Assembly: GCA_036654455.1 (NCBI GenBank)
Contig: JAVVRZ010000004.1
Location: 199-64,198, forward strand
DNA from: Clostridia bacterium
GTDB taxonomy: Bacteria; Bacillota; Clostridia; Christensenellales; CAG-314
Reading direction: 5' to 3'
DNA length: 64,000 bases
The number at the start of each line of letters is the position of its first letter. Positions within the stretch are counted from its first letter, which is position 1. Shown here piece after piece: positions 19,233-30,174 of the stretch. Under the pieces are notes generated by a model, which was not told where the DNA came from, did no database searches, and saw only the letters and a list, made by a program, of their open reading frames with translations. A program made the position numbers and the translations under genes.

Positions 19233-20912
19233 TTATTTATCTAACAATTCGTAAACCACGCTTTCATAAGCTCTTAATTTACAAGAACATAGATAAGGCG
19301 AACTATCGGGATAATTTGAAATAAATAATTTGCTTGAAGCGTAGGTAAGACCTAATTTTGTAGCCTTAAATTTGTAGTCTTTAACGGTAAAATTAGAGAT
19401 TACAACTAAACGCTTGCCCTCAAATTCTCTTAAATAAGCGTAAAGTTTGTTACCGCCGATATTTATTAAAGAATATGTCCCAAATATCATTTCGTCGTGC
19501 GTTTTTCTAAGAGCGATTAAGCGTTTATAATAGTTAAGCGGACTTGTTTGTTTGTCAATTTGACTTTTTACGTTTATCTCTTTATAGTTTGGGTTAACTT
19601 TTAGCCAAGTTGTGTCGCTAGAACTAAATCCGCCTTGTTTAGAGCTATTCCATTGCATAGGCGTGCGAGCGTTATCACGAGAAGAATACGCTACAAGTTT
19701 CATAGTCAACTTTTTGGTTAGAAATTTATGAAGAAGTTTATAGCTACGGTGGCTCTCTACGTCTTTATAGTCGTCAATATTTTGCATACGAACGCTTGTC
19801 ATACCTATTTCTTGCCCTTGATAAACGTATGGCGTACCCGATAGGAAAAACATTACGTTAGCTAACATTTTTGAGCCGAGTTCTCTATACTTTGCATTAT
19901 CCAAACAATATCTGCCCACAATGCGAGCCTGGTCGTGATTTTCAAAATAGTTTGTGTTCCAACCTTTGTCGAATAGACCATTTTGCCAATGTTTATGAGC
20001 ATTTTTAAGATATTTAAGACTAAATTTTCGTTTTAGTTGCTTTACGCCAAAATAGTTGTCGGCGCTCATTTGCTCAAAAGCAAATACGGTATTGAGTAGA
20101 GGAGCATTTTTGTCGGTTAGTTTAATTGCGTCTTCAACGTTGATTAGCACGCTTTCGCCCACGGTGTAAGTGTCATATTTGTCAAGAACGTCATTTCTAA
20201 GTTCTCTTAAAATATTGTATAGTTCGGGTTGATTTAAGTAGTGTTCTTTGCCGACAAGGGCGATGTTTGCTTTACCGTTTGGCAGACCCTTAGCTTTTGC
20301 TATAATATTAATTACGTCGCATCTAAAACCGTCTACGCCCTTATCTAACCAAAATTTTAAAATATCTTTAATTTCTTGTTTTACAGCCGGGTTTGAGTAA
20401 TTTAAGTCGGGTTGGCAAGCGTCGAATAGATGTAGATACCATTCTTTTGTCGTCTCGTCGTATTCCCAAGCTTTGCCTATAAAGAAACTTGTCCAGTTGT
20501 TTGGAGGCTTTTTGCCATCTTTGCCACGACCCTTTGCCCAAATATAGTAATTGCGGTAAGGGTTGGTAAGGCTACTTCTACTTTGTTTAAACCATTCGTG
20601 CGAGCTACTTGTGTGATTGATTACAAGGTCCATTATACATTTTAAGTTGCGTTTATGCATTTCTTCCAAAAGCAAATCAAAGTCTTGCATATCGCCGTAT
20701 TCGCTATTTATGTTTTTGTAGTCGCTAATATCGTAGCCGTAGTCGGCGTTAGGCGAACAGTACAGCGGAGAAAACCATATTGCGTCAACGCCAAGTTGTT
20801 TAATATAGTCTAATTTAGAGATTATACCTTTAATATCGCCAATTCCGTCGCCGTTGCTATCGCAAAAACTACGAGGGTATATTTGGTAAATCGTCATTCT
20901 TTTATAGTCCAT
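19233..20912 (-). CDS. GH13 alpha-glucosidase / oligo-1,6-glucosidase family
   Basis: IYQIYPRSFCDSNGDGIGDIKGI, DLVINHTS, GFRCDV, FENHDQAR. Confidence 0.85.
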   Translation of the reverse strand: MDYKRMTIYQIYPRSFCDSNGDGIGDIKGIISKLDYIKQLGVDAIWFSPLYCSPNADYGYDISDYKNINSEYGDMQDFDLLLEEMHKRNLKCIMDLVINHTSSSHEWFKQSRSSLTNPYRNYYIWAKGRGKDGKKPPNNWTSFFIGKAWEYDETTKEWYLHLFDACQPDLNYSNPAVKQEIKDILKFWLDKGVDGFRCDVINIIAKAKGLPNGKANIALVGKEHYLNQPELYNILRELRNDVLDKYDTYTVGESVLINVEDAIKLTDKNAPLLNTVFAFEQMSADNYFGVKQLKRKFSLKYLKNAHKHWQNGLFDKGWNTNYFENHDQARIVGRYCLDNAKYRELGSKMLANVMFFLSGTPYVYQGQEIGMTSVRMQNIDDYKDVESHRSYKLLHKFLTKKLTMKLVAYSSRDNARTPMQWNSSKQGGFSSSDTTWLKVNPNYKEINVKSQIDKQTSPLNYYKRLIALRKTHDEMIFGTYSLINIGGNKLYAYLREFEGKRLVVISNFTVKDYKFKATKLGLTYASSKLFISNYPDSSPYLCSCKLRAYESVVYELLDK

Positions 20913-20999
20913 AATTGATACTCCTTTGCTTTAATAGCTAATTTATATTTTATCACACATAATTAGTAATATCAACATTAAAAAATACTTTTTTCCTAC

Positions 21000-21029
21000 T
21001 TGCAAAATAATATATATTTGTGTTATAAT
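21000..21029 (+). promoter_or_regulatory. sigma-A-type promoter (TTGCAA-N18-TGTTATAAT)
   Basis: -35 at 21000-21005 and extended -10 at 21022-21029, upstream of the mutase gene. Confidence 0.6.
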
Positions 21030-21053
21030 AATTAACTAAGGAGGTAAGTTTAT

Positions 21054-22703
21054 ATGACTGAATTTGAACTTTGGCGTGAAAAAGCAACCGACCAAACTGT
21101 AATTAGTAATTTGCAACAAATGACGCAAGACGAGGAGCGCAAATCTTTTGCATTTTGTAAGCAAATAGAATTTGGAACGGCAGGGCTAAGGGGGCTGATG
21201 GACGCAGGCACAAACTGTATGAACGTTTATACAGTAGCTCAAACCACGCAGGCTCTTGCTATTCGTTTACTTAGTGGCTTAGAAAGCGAAGTTGTAGTTT
21301 CTTACGACAGCAGGCATAATTCGCTTTTGTTTGCGCAAATTACGGCTACCGTATTAGCTAATAACGGATTAAAAGTATATCTTACCGAAGAAATACAACC
21401 TACGCCTTTCTTATCTTTTGCCGTTAAACATTTTTCCGCCGACGCAGGCGTAATGATTACCGCTTCTCATAATAGCAAAGAATATAATGGTTACAAGGTT
21501 TACGGCGCAAACGGGGCGCAAATAGGGCAACAAACCGCAGACGAGATATTTGAGATAATAAAGACCGTAGACTGTTTTAACGTCAACACGCAAGGCTTTC
21601 TAAATCATTTAAATAAAGGCAACATTCAATATATTAACAAAAATGTAGTAGGCGAATATTTAAATAATGTTTATTCGCAAAGTATTAACACAATAGATAG
21701 ACTAAGGGTAGTTTATTCGCCCCTTAATGGTTGCGGACATATACTTGTGCCTAAGGTACTAAAAAATAGGGGTTTAACTGATTTATACCTAGTGTCTACG
21801 CAAAAGTACCCTAGCGGTGACTTTACCACGTGTTCTACGCCTAATCCCGAGAAAAAAGAAGCCCTTGCCTACGGCATAGAGTCCTTAGAGTCTAACGGCT
21901 ATGACATTTTAATAGCGACTGACCCCGATTGCGATAGGGTCGGCGTTGCTATCGCCCACAAAGGAAGCACCGTAAGACTTACAGGCAACGAAGTAGGAAT
22001 ACTTCTTACCGATTACCTTCTTTCTAGCAAAAAGGCAAATAAAACATTGTCGCCTAACCCGATTATTATAAAAACTATTGTTACAACCGACTTAGTCGAA
22101 GATATAGTAAAAGATTACAACGGAATGTGCGTCGATTTACTTACGGGATTTAAATATATTGGCGAATACGTTGACGGGCTAACTAGGCAAGGGCAACAAA
22201 GTCGTTTTGTATTAGGATTTGAAGAAAGTTGCGGTTACCTTACGGGCAACTATGCAGGTGACAAAGACGCAGTCTTAGCAAGTATGTTAATTGCCGAAAT
22301 GGCGTCCTTCCACCTAAAAAGAGGACAAACTTTGGTAGATAGGCTAGAATATATTTACTCAAAGTACGGCTATTACTCTCAAACACAATTTAGCCTTGTT
22401 TACGAGGGAACAAAAGGTATTAAACTAAGGCAAGAAGCTATTGATAAATTAAGAGCGACTGAACTTACTAATTTAGGCGGTCAAACTGTGCTATCTATTA
22501 CAGATTTGCTTAACAAAAACGACACTAATTTACCAAAAGCCGATGTTTTAATCTATAAATTGAGCAACGACATTAAAGTTATTATTCGACCAAGCGGAAC
22601 AGAACCGCTTGTTAAATTCTATCTATTTGCAAAGTGCGCTAATAATATTTCCCAAGCGTTATTTTCTAAGTTAGAGTTTTGTCTAAAAGAATTACTGAAA
22701 TAA
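21054..22703 (+). CDS. phospho-sugar mutase (phosphoglucomutase/phosphomannomutase family)
   Basis: Active-site loop TASHNSKEYNGYKVY, DPDCDR metal site, 549 aa. Confidence 0.85.
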   Translation: MTEFELWREKATDQTVISNLQQMTQDEERKSFAFCKQIEFGTAGLRGLMDAGTNCMNVYTVAQTTQALAIRLLSGLESEVVVSYDSRHNSLLFAQITATVLANNGLKVYLTEEIQPTPFLSFAVKHFSADAGVMITASHNSKEYNGYKVYGANGAQIGQQTADEIFEIIKTVDCFNVNTQGFLNHLNKGNIQYINKNVVGEYLNNVYSQSINTIDRLRVVYSPLNGCGHILVPKVLKNRGLTDLYLVSTQKYPSGDFTTCSTPNPEKKEALAYGIESLESNGYDILIATDPDCDRVGVAIAHKGSTVRLTGNEVGILLTDYLLSSKKANKTLSPNPIIIKTIVTTDLVEDIVKDYNGMCVDLLTGFKYIGEYVDGLTRQGQQSRFVLGFEESCGYLTGNYAGDKDAVLASMLIAEMASFHLKRGQTLVDRLEYIYSKYGYYSQTQFSLVYEGTKGIKLRQEAIDKLRATELTNLGGQTVLSITDLLNKNDTNLPKADVLIYKLSNDIKVIIRPSGTEPLVKFYLFAKCANNISQALFSKLEFCLKELLK

Positions 22704-22727
22704 CACTAAGGAGAGAGGAAGAGGGGT

Positions 22728-25118
22728 ATGAACGAATTATTACAACAGCTTACAATAGAACAGAAGGTCGACCTACTTAGCGGTTTGCATTCGTGGTGGA
22801 CTAGGGGGCAAGAGCAACCCTATGTTCCGCAAATAATGATGACCGACGGCCCTTGCGGGTTACGTAAGCAAAGCGCAACTGCTGATAATATCAACGACAG
22901 TAGCATAGCTACTTGTTATCCAACGGCTTGTAGTCTTGCAAACAGTTGGGACAGAGATTTAGCGTTTAGCGTTGGTTCGGCTATTGGGGCGGAGGCTCGT
23001 GCCGAACAAGTTTCAATAGTGCTAGGGCCGGGCGTAAATATCAAGCGCAACCCTTTATGCGGTAGAAATTTCGAGTATTATAGCGAAGACCCTTTTCTTA
23101 CAGGTAGACTTGCCGACAAATGGATTGAAGGCATTCAAAGCCAAAAGGTCGGCGCTTGCGTTAAACACTTTGCCGTAAATAGTCAAGAAACAAGAAGGTC
23201 TACTATTGATACTCTTGTAGACGAACGAGCGTTAAGAGAAATATACCTCTCAGCTTTTGAGTATATTACGCTTAATAGCAAACCTTGTTCGATTATGGCT
23301 GCTTATAACAAGCTTAACGGCGTAAGTTGCGCTCAAAATAAGCGTTTGCTTACGGATATTCTACGTGGCGAATGGGGATACGAAGGTTTGGTTATGTCCG
23401 ATTGGGGCGCAGCTTATAACATCGTAGAGTGTATTCGTAACGGTATGGATTTAGAAATGCCCGACGGACTAGGTTTATCCAAAAAAGCTTTACTCGAAGC
23501 AGTCAAAAATGGCGAACTAGATGTTAGCGATATAGATAGGGCAGTAGCTAACGTACTTAAATTAGTATTCGCTCGCAAAAAAGATATTACCGAAAAAGCC
23601 GTAGTGGACCTTGCCGAACAACATTTGTTAGCTAAGGAAACCGCTACCGAATGCGCAACACTGCTTAAAAATAATTTAAACGTATTACCTCTCAAACCCG
23701 AACAAAAAGTTCTTGTAGTAGGCGAACTGGCTAAAAATATGCGTTTTCAAGGCGCAGGAAGTAGTCATATACACGTTTCGCCAACGCCTAATCTGCTTGA
23801 CACTCTAAGACTTAATAATATTGACGTAGGTTATGCACGTGGTTACGACGCTTCAACCGACGAAATTAACAGCGAATTAATAGAGCAAGCGTGTAACTCC
23901 GCCAAAGATTACGACATCATTGTATTTTGTGGCGGACTTACCGATATTTACGAAAGCGAAGGTTACGATAGGGAGCACTTAGATATGCCCCTAGCCCAAT
24001 CTCACCTTATTAGCAAGTTGACCAAGCTAGGCAAAAAGACCGTGTTTGTTTCTTTTGGCGGCTCTCCCTACATAATACCTTATGTAGACGAGATAGACGC
24101 AATTTTAAATATGTATTTATGCGGACAGGGCGCAGGCGAAGCCACATACGAATTGTTGTATGGTATAAAGAATCCTTGTGGCAAACTTAGCGAAACCTGG
24201 CCTAAAAAATTGTCAAGCGTGCCTTGTTACAACTTTTTTAATCGTAAAATTCGCAGTAGCGAACATCGAGAGAGTATTTTTGTAGGATATCGCTACTATG
24301 ATACATTTGATGTTCCAACATTGTTTGACTTTGGTTATGGACTGTCCTATACTCAGTTTGAGTATAGCGACTTTACCGTCAACAAAAATAATGTCTACAA
24401 TTATACTGTAAGCGTAAAAGTGAAGAATATAGGTTCTACTTCTGGCAAAGAAGTCGTTCAACTTTATATAGCTAACCCTCGTCAAGATATAATTAGAGCA
24501 AAAAGGGAATTAAAAGGTTTCGCCAAGACAGATTTGCTCGAACCAAACGAGGAACAAGAGATAATTTTTACCCTAGACAAACGCAGTTTTGCTTTTTATG
24601 ACGTAACAAAGAGCGATTATGTTGTTCCTAGCGGTAAATATACCTTACAAATAGGGGGCGGACTTAAACAAATTAAGGCGACAAAGGTTATTACGGTTTC
24701 GGGTGAAACCATACCGAGTATGCAGGCAGATTATCCCAGTTATTTTGAGCAAAACGGCGATACATTCTTTATCCCCGAAGACGAATTTGTTAAATTACTG
24801 GGTAGACCATTGATTGAGGACGGCGAATTTCACAAGGGCGAATTTACCCTCTCTAACACGCTTTACGATATGCGCGCAAACAGATTTATTAGATTTATAA
24901 CTAATATTGTAATTAAACAGACTATTAAGAGTATGGGTATGTCTAAGCATAATCCGGCTGTAAAGATGGCTATTTCGGGTACGCTTGAAACTCCGCTTAT
25001 AAATGCAACGGCAATGAGTCAGGGCGTATTTAAACGCAAATTTTGCCAAGCGTTAGTTTATATTGCAAACGGAAAATTCTTTAAGGGAATAGGTCATTTG
25101 CTAAGTAAGGAGAAATAA
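22728..25118 (+). CDS. GH3 beta-glucosidase
   Basis: KHFAVNSQE, nucleophile motif VMSDWGA, 796 aa with a C-terminal Fn3-like region. Confidence 0.85.
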   Translation: MNELLQQLTIEQKVDLLSGLHSWWTRGQEQPYVPQIMMTDGPCGLRKQSATADNINDSSIATCYPTACSLANSWDRDLAFSVGSAIGAEARAEQVSIVLGPGVNIKRNPLCGRNFEYYSEDPFLTGRLADKWIEGIQSQKVGACVKHFAVNSQETRRSTIDTLVDERALREIYLSAFEYITLNSKPCSIMAAYNKLNGVSCAQNKRLLTDILRGEWGYEGLVMSDWGAAYNIVECIRNGMDLEMPDGLGLSKKALLEAVKNGELDVSDIDRAVANVLKLVFARKKDITEKAVVDLAEQHLLAKETATECATLLKNNLNVLPLKPEQKVLVVGELAKNMRFQGAGSSHIHVSPTPNLLDTLRLNNIDVGYARGYDASTDEINSELIEQACNSAKDYDIIVFCGGLTDIYESEGYDREHLDMPLAQSHLISKLTKLGKKTVFVSFGGSPYIIPYVDEIDAILNMYLCGQGAGEATYELLYGIKNPCGKLSETWPKKLSSVPCYNFFNRKIRSSEHRESIFVGYRYYDTFDVPTLFDFGYGLSYTQFEYSDFTVNKNNVYNYTVSVKVKNIGSTSGKEVVQLYIANPRQDIIRAKRELKGFAKTDLLEPNEEQEIIFTLDKRSFAFYDVTKSDYVVPSGKYTLQIGGGLKQIKATKVITVSGETIPSMQADYPSYFEQNGDTFFIPEDEFVKLLGRPLIEDGEFHKGEFTLSNTLYDMRANRFIRFITNIVIKQTIKSMGMSKHNPAVKMAISGTLETPLINATAMSQGVFKRKFCQALVYIANGKFFKGIGHLLSKEK

Positions 25119-26494
25119 TGATAAAATTTGACTTTACAAATATGCTTGATACCGCAGTTAAAAATGGTATTGACAAAAAAGATTTATTGTCTAGCGAGGT
25201 GTATTCTGCCTATGATTTGGTTCAAAGTAATCGTGGTAAAGGTATGCAAGAGTGGATGGATTTGCCGGAAAATCAAGACCAAGTCGTACAAGACATTTTA
25301 GATACGGCAAGGGAAGTTCAATCAAACTTTGACTATTTTGTCGTGCTAGGAATAGGCGGTTCGGCGTTAGGCTCTATTGCGGTATTTAACGCTTTATGTC
25401 ACCTATATCATAACGACTTGCCTAAGGTAGCTCGTGGTAATGCGCCCAAATTTTACGTATTAGATAATGCCGACCCCGAACGTATGCGAGCTCTTTTTGA
25501 TTGTATCGACTTAAAAAAGACAATGTTTAATTGCATAACTAAGTCCGGCGCAACTAGCGAAACTATGAGTCAATACTTAATTGTTACAAATTTGCTTAAA
25601 CAATGTTTAGGCGAGGATTATAACAAACATATTATAGCGACAACTTCGGCAAACAAGGGCAATTTAATTAAGCTAGCTAGGGAACACTCTTATAAGACAT
25701 TTTATATTCCCGAAGGCGTAGGCGGAAGGTTCTCGGTATTTAGTCCCGTTGGGCTACTTCCATTTGCCGTACTCAACATAGATATTATAAGTTTACTCAA
25801 AGGCGCAAGCGAAATGAACAAAATTTGTTCTTCTCGCAATCTTTTGACTAATCCCGCTTTAATGTCGGCAGTAATTCAAAAGAAAGCTATCGACAAAGGC
25901 TGTAATATAAGCGTGCTTATGCCTTATGCGGACAAGCTTAAATATATAGCAGATTGGTTTTGCCAACTTTGGGCGGAATCTATCGGCAAAGCAGTCGATA
26001 AATCGGGTAAGGTCGTAAACGTTGGGCAAACTCCGGTTAAGTCACTAGGCGTTACCGACCAACACTCCCAAGTTCAGCTTTATGCCGAAGGGCCTTACGA
26101 CAAAGTCGTAGTGTTTTTAGAATGTGGGTTTGATACCGTATACAAAATTCCCGAAGAAAAGACCGAGTTTGACGACGTTAATTTCTTATGCGGACAAACT
26201 CTTAATCAATTAATGGATAGCGAAATGCGAGCTACAAGGTATGCTTTAACTAAGGCAAATAGACTTAATTACACTATTACTATGCCTTGCGTAAACGCAT
26301 ATTATTTAGGACAACTTATGCAAATGTTTATGTTGCAAACTGCTTATATGGGCGCAATTTACAATATAGATACTTACAATCAACCCGGCGTAGAAGGGGG
26401 CAAAAATGCAACTTACGCTTTATTTGGCAGAAGCGGTTACCAAGAATTAGCCAAAGAACTTAGCGTAATTCCCGACGAACAATTTATTATTTAA
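25118..26494 (+). CDS. pgi: glucose-6-phosphate isomerase
   Basis: Firmicute-type ~450-aa PGI, VVLGIGGSALG, TKSGATSET. Confidence 0.85.
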   Translation: MIKFDFTNMLDTAVKNGIDKKDLLSSEVYSAYDLVQSNRGKGMQEWMDLPENQDQVVQDILDTAREVQSNFDYFVVLGIGGSALGSIAVFNALCHLYHNDLPKVARGNAPKFYVLDNADPERMRALFDCIDLKKTMFNCITKSGATSETMSQYLIVTNLLKQCLGEDYNKHIIATTSANKGNLIKLAREHSYKTFYIPEGVGGRFSVFSPVGLLPFAVLNIDIISLLKGASEMNKICSSRNLLTNPALMSAVIQKKAIDKGCNISVLMPYADKLKYIADWFCQLWAESIGKAVDKSGKVVNVGQTPVKSLGVTDQHSQVQLYAEGPYDKVVVFLECGFDTVYKIPEEKTEFDDVNFLCGQTLNQLMDSEMRATRYALTKANRLNYTITMPCVNAYYLGQLMQMFMLQTAYMGAIYNIDTYNQPGVEGGKNATYALFGRSGYQELAKELSVIPDEQFII

Positions 26495-26508
26495 GCGAGG
26501 AACAAACA

Positions 26509-27720
26509 ATGATTAGTAAACTTCCACCTAAGGGAATGAGGGACTTTCTCCCTTCGCAAGTAAGAGCTAGAAATTTACTTTTACAAAAAATAAGAGAAAC
26601 ATATTCTAGTTACGGTTTTGTTGAAATAGAAACTCCTTGTATCGAAGATATCTCCCTACTTCTAAGCAAACAAGGCGGAGATAACGAGAAATTAATGTAC
26701 AAAATTTTAAAGCGAGGCGACAAGTTGGCTAAATCGTCAAACGAGGACTTATGCGACCTTGGACTAAGGTTTGACTTGACCCTACCGCTTTCAAGATACT
26801 ATGCAAATAATATCGGCAGTCTTCCGCCGGTATTTAAGGTAATGCACATAGGCAACGTATTTAGAGCCGATAGACCGCAAAACGGACGATATAGGCAGTT
26901 CGTTCAATGCGACATAGATATCATTAACGAGCCTACAATTCTTGCCGAGATTGAATTAATTAACGCAACTTCGGCGGCTTTATTTGCCGTTGGCATACGT
27001 GGGGCAAAGGTAATTATCAACGACCGCAACTTGCTTAAACTACTTGCAAGCTATTGCGGATTTGCAGAAGAACAATATGACGAAGTATTTATTACCCTAG
27101 ACAAACTAGATAAGATAGGTTACGACTCGGTCTACGAGGAGCTAATTACAACGGCTAGTAAAGATGCTTCGGCTAAGTTAGTCGCCACCATACAGCAAAT
27201 AAGAGCCTCTAATGACCAGTTAAATTGTGTTAGGTCGGTTTTGGGTAGTTTGGCAGAACCCTATATCGACTCGCTTAGCCAAATTATTTGTAGCGCCGAA
27301 GCGACTTTTGACATTACGCTTGTAAGAGGTATGAACTACTACACAGGCACAATTTTCGAAGTGACTACGCCCGAATTACCTTATTCGGTAGCAGGCGGAG
27401 GAAGATACGACAAATTAATTGAGAAGGTCAGTGGAACGCCAACTTGCGCTTGCGGTTTTTCAATCGGCTTTGAACGCATCTCGGCATATCTAGGCGACAA
27501 CGTAGATTTGCCTAAACAACAAGCCATAGCCTTTGTTTTTGACAAAGCCTACATTTCGCAAATAAGTAAAATTTTTGACTTAGTTAAAGAATATCGCAAA
27601 GACAACGTATGCAGTATTTTTACCAAGAGCAAGAACTTTTCTTATCAAATAAAGTCGCTCTATAACAATTCTTTTACGGCAATAATGGTTTATAACGGCA
27701 ATACTTTTGAGGAAATATAA
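26509..27720 (+). CDS. hisS: histidine--tRNA ligase
   Basis: GMRDFLP, YYTGTIFEV, GGGRYDKLI, GFSIGFERI class II motifs. Slightly short at 403 aa. Confidence 0.75.
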   Translation: MISKLPPKGMRDFLPSQVRARNLLLQKIRETYSSYGFVEIETPCIEDISLLLSKQGGDNEKLMYKILKRGDKLAKSSNEDLCDLGLRFDLTLPLSRYYANNIGSLPPVFKVMHIGNVFRADRPQNGRYRQFVQCDIDIINEPTILAEIELINATSAALFAVGIRGAKVIINDRNLLKLLASYCGFAEEQYDEVFITLDKLDKIGYDSVYEELITTASKDASAKLVATIQQIRASNDQLNCVRSVLGSLAEPYIDSLSQIICSAEATFDITLVRGMNYYTGTIFEVTTPELPYSVAGGGRYDKLIEKVSGTPTCACGFSIGFERISAYLGDNVDLPKQQAIAFVFDKAYISQISKIFDLVKEYRKDNVCSIFTKSKNFSYQIKSLYNNSFTAIMVYNGNTFEEI

Positions 27721-30174
27721 GTGACCAAACAAGAAAAAGCTAAGTTATACGTCAATCCTAAGCCTATCGCCATTGAGGACGGGGCTAAGTTTGACATAGA
27801 TATAAATAAGGGTCTAAGCGATAATCAAGTAGCTACAAGGCGAAACGAAGGGCTTGTAAACCTTGACGCGCGTAAAAAAGGCAAGTCGATTTTGCAAATT
27901 TTGCTGTCGAATGTCTTTACCTACTTTAACTTAGTATATATGATATTGTCTGCAATATTGATTATTTTTCAGCAGTACAAGCAACTTATGTTTTTAGGCG
28001 TAGTTTTACTAAACACGGCTATTGCGATTATTCAAGAGATTAAGTCGAAGCGCTCGTTAGACAAACTTAAATTTATATCTATTCCGCACGCTACCGTTAT
28101 GCGTAACGGCGTAAAACAAAAAGTTACTATCGAGCAAGTCGCCCTTACGGATATTATTTATTTTTCTAACGGCAGTCAAATTTGCGCCGACTGTATTGTA
28201 ATTGAGGGCGGAGTTGAAGTCAATGAATCAATTCTTACCGGCGAAAGCGAAAGCGTGCAAAAAAATAAAGGCGACAAGATATTTGCAGGTAGTTACGTAG
28301 TTTCTAACAACTGCACGGCTATTGTAGTAGCCGTAGGCAAATATAACTTTATAAATACCCTTGCAGGCAAGGCTCGCCAATACAAAAAGCCCAAAAGTCA
28401 ACTTAATAAATCATTTAAAATTATTCTTTATGTAGTGTCAGTGTTGATACCTATACTTGCCTTTGTAATTTACAATATAAATTTTAGAGCGATAGGCTTT
28501 GGCGATATGCCAACTTTTATCAACAAGACTGTTTCGCCTATAATTAACATAATTCCAGCAGGCCCATTCTTGCTTACTTCGGTAGCCTTAGCGGTATCGG
28601 TAATAAGGTTAACCCAACACAAAACTATGGTGCAAGAGCTGTATTGCATAGAAATGTTAGCAAGGGTAGACACTCTTTGTCTTGACAAAACTGGCACGCT
28701 TACCGACGGCACTATGCGAGTAATAGAGAGTATTGATTTAAGAACTGACGGTAAGTTGATGGTTAAAGATATTATTTCTACAATGAATAGCGCTTTCAAC
28801 GAGTCAAATATGACTGCGCAGGGGCTTAAAGCTTTTTACGGCGACAAAAAACACCCAATGCTAAAAAGTTCGGTTGTGTTGCCATTTTCTTCTAAACGCA
28901 AATTTTCAGCCATTTCTTTTGAAAGAGAAGGGACGTATTTTTTAGGCGCTCCCGAATTTATCTTAAAGACAAAAAATCAACGTATCGACGATATGGTAGA
29001 CAAATACGCAGGGCAGGGGTATCGAGTGCTTCTACTTGCTCATTCTACAAGTATGATGCTCTCTAATGCAGATTTAAGTCAACTGCCATTACTCCGTAGA
29101 CCCGTTGCCTTGATTGTAATAGAGGACCATATACGAAGCGACGCCGAGCAAACGCTCAACTGGTTTAGAGATTTAGGCGTAGATATCAAGCTAATTTCGG
29201 GCGATAACCCTATTACGGTTTCAAATATTGCAAAAAGGCTAGGTATTGTCGGCGGAGAGAATGCCGTTAGCCTAGAAAACTTTACCGACGAAGAAGTCAA
29301 AGATTGCGCTACAAAGTTTAGCGTGTTTGGCAGAGTTAGCCCCGAACAAAAAGCTATACTTGTAACGGCTTTAAAGGCTAACGGGCGTACGGTAGCTATG
29401 ACGGGCGACGGCGTAAACGATATTTTAGCGCTTAAAGAAGCTGATTGTTCTATCGCTATGGCAAGCGGAAGCGACGCAGCCTACAACGTGTCGCACTTAG
29501 TTTTGCTTGACAATAACTTTGCTAACCTTCCGCAAGTTGTATTAGAAGGTAGGCGAGTAGTCAATAATATTCAAAACGCTAGTAGTATGTTCTTTATGAA
29601 GACCGTATTTTCTACCGCTTTGATGGTTTTTTTAGCAATTTTAGGTTTTGGTTTCGGTATTTATTACGCTTATCCTTTTTCAACCACGCAAATAATTTTA
29701 ATCGACACCTTTATAGTAGGCTTGCCGACGGTTTTTTTAGCCTTGCAACCCAACAAAAATATTATAAAAGGTAACTTTCTTACCAACATTTTTAGACGAG
29801 CTATACCGGCTAGCATAACTTTTTTTGTAAGTTTTATTGTGCTATTTGTATTTAATTTTGTGTACAAGTTGCCAGTTAAAGTCGAACATTTCCAAACAGT
29901 TTGCGCTTTGTGCTTTGTGCTGTGTTCTTACTACGCCTTAGTTTACGCTTGTAAACCTTACAAATTTTGGAAAATTTTACTCCTTATCGTAGTAATTTTT
30001 GTAATATTTATAGGCGCTACCGTATTTAGAGAATTTTTAGATTACGCCTTGCTTTCTCGTGAAGAAGTGCTACTTCTTTTGACTGTGTCTATGGCGAGTT
30101 TTCCTGTTTACGCTTTCGTTTACGCATTATTTAATGGATTTAAACCTAAGTTTGAGTTGGGTCTTAAAGTATGA
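27721..30174 (+). CDS. cation-translocating P-type ATPase
   Basis: DKTGTLT phosphorylation site, TGDGVNDILALKEAD hinge, GTG start, 817 aa. Confidence 0.9.
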   Translation: MTKQEKAKLYVNPKPIAIEDGAKFDIDINKGLSDNQVATRRNEGLVNLDARKKGKSILQILLSNVFTYFNLVYMILSAILIIFQQYKQLMFLGVVLLNTAIAIIQEIKSKRSLDKLKFISIPHATVMRNGVKQKVTIEQVALTDIIYFSNGSQICADCIVIEGGVEVNESILTGESESVQKNKGDKIFAGSYVVSNNCTAIVVAVGKYNFINTLAGKARQYKKPKSQLNKSFKIILYVVSVLIPILAFVIYNINFRAIGFGDMPTFINKTVSPIINIIPAGPFLLTSVALAVSVIRLTQHKTMVQELYCIEMLARVDTLCLDKTGTLTDGTMRVIESIDLRTDGKLMVKDIISTMNSAFNESNMTAQGLKAFYGDKKHPMLKSSVVLPFSSKRKFSAISFEREGTYFLGAPEFILKTKNQRIDDMVDKYAGQGYRVLLLAHSTSMMLSNADLSQLPLLRRPVALIVIEDHIRSDAEQTLNWFRDLGVDIKLISGDNPITVSNIAKRLGIVGGENAVSLENFTDEEVKDCATKFSVFGRVSPEQKAILVTALKANGRTVAMTGDGVNDILALKEADCSIAMASGSDAAYNVSHLVLLDNNFANLPQVVLEGRRVVNNIQNASSMFFMKTVFSTALMVFLAILGFGFGIYYAYPFSTTQIILIDTFIVGLPTVFLALQPNKNIIKGNFLTNIFRRAIPASITFFVSFIVLFVFNFVYKLPVKVEHFQTVCALCFVLCSYYALVYACKPYKFWKILLLIVVIFVIFIGATVFREFLDYALLSREEVLLLLTVSMASFPVYAFVYALFNGFKPKFELGLKV

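Noticed and set aside
26495-26508. T-box leader upstream of hisS
   Set aside because: Only 14 nt separate the pgi stop from the hisS start, so there is no room for a T-box. hisS is probably co-transcribed with pgi.
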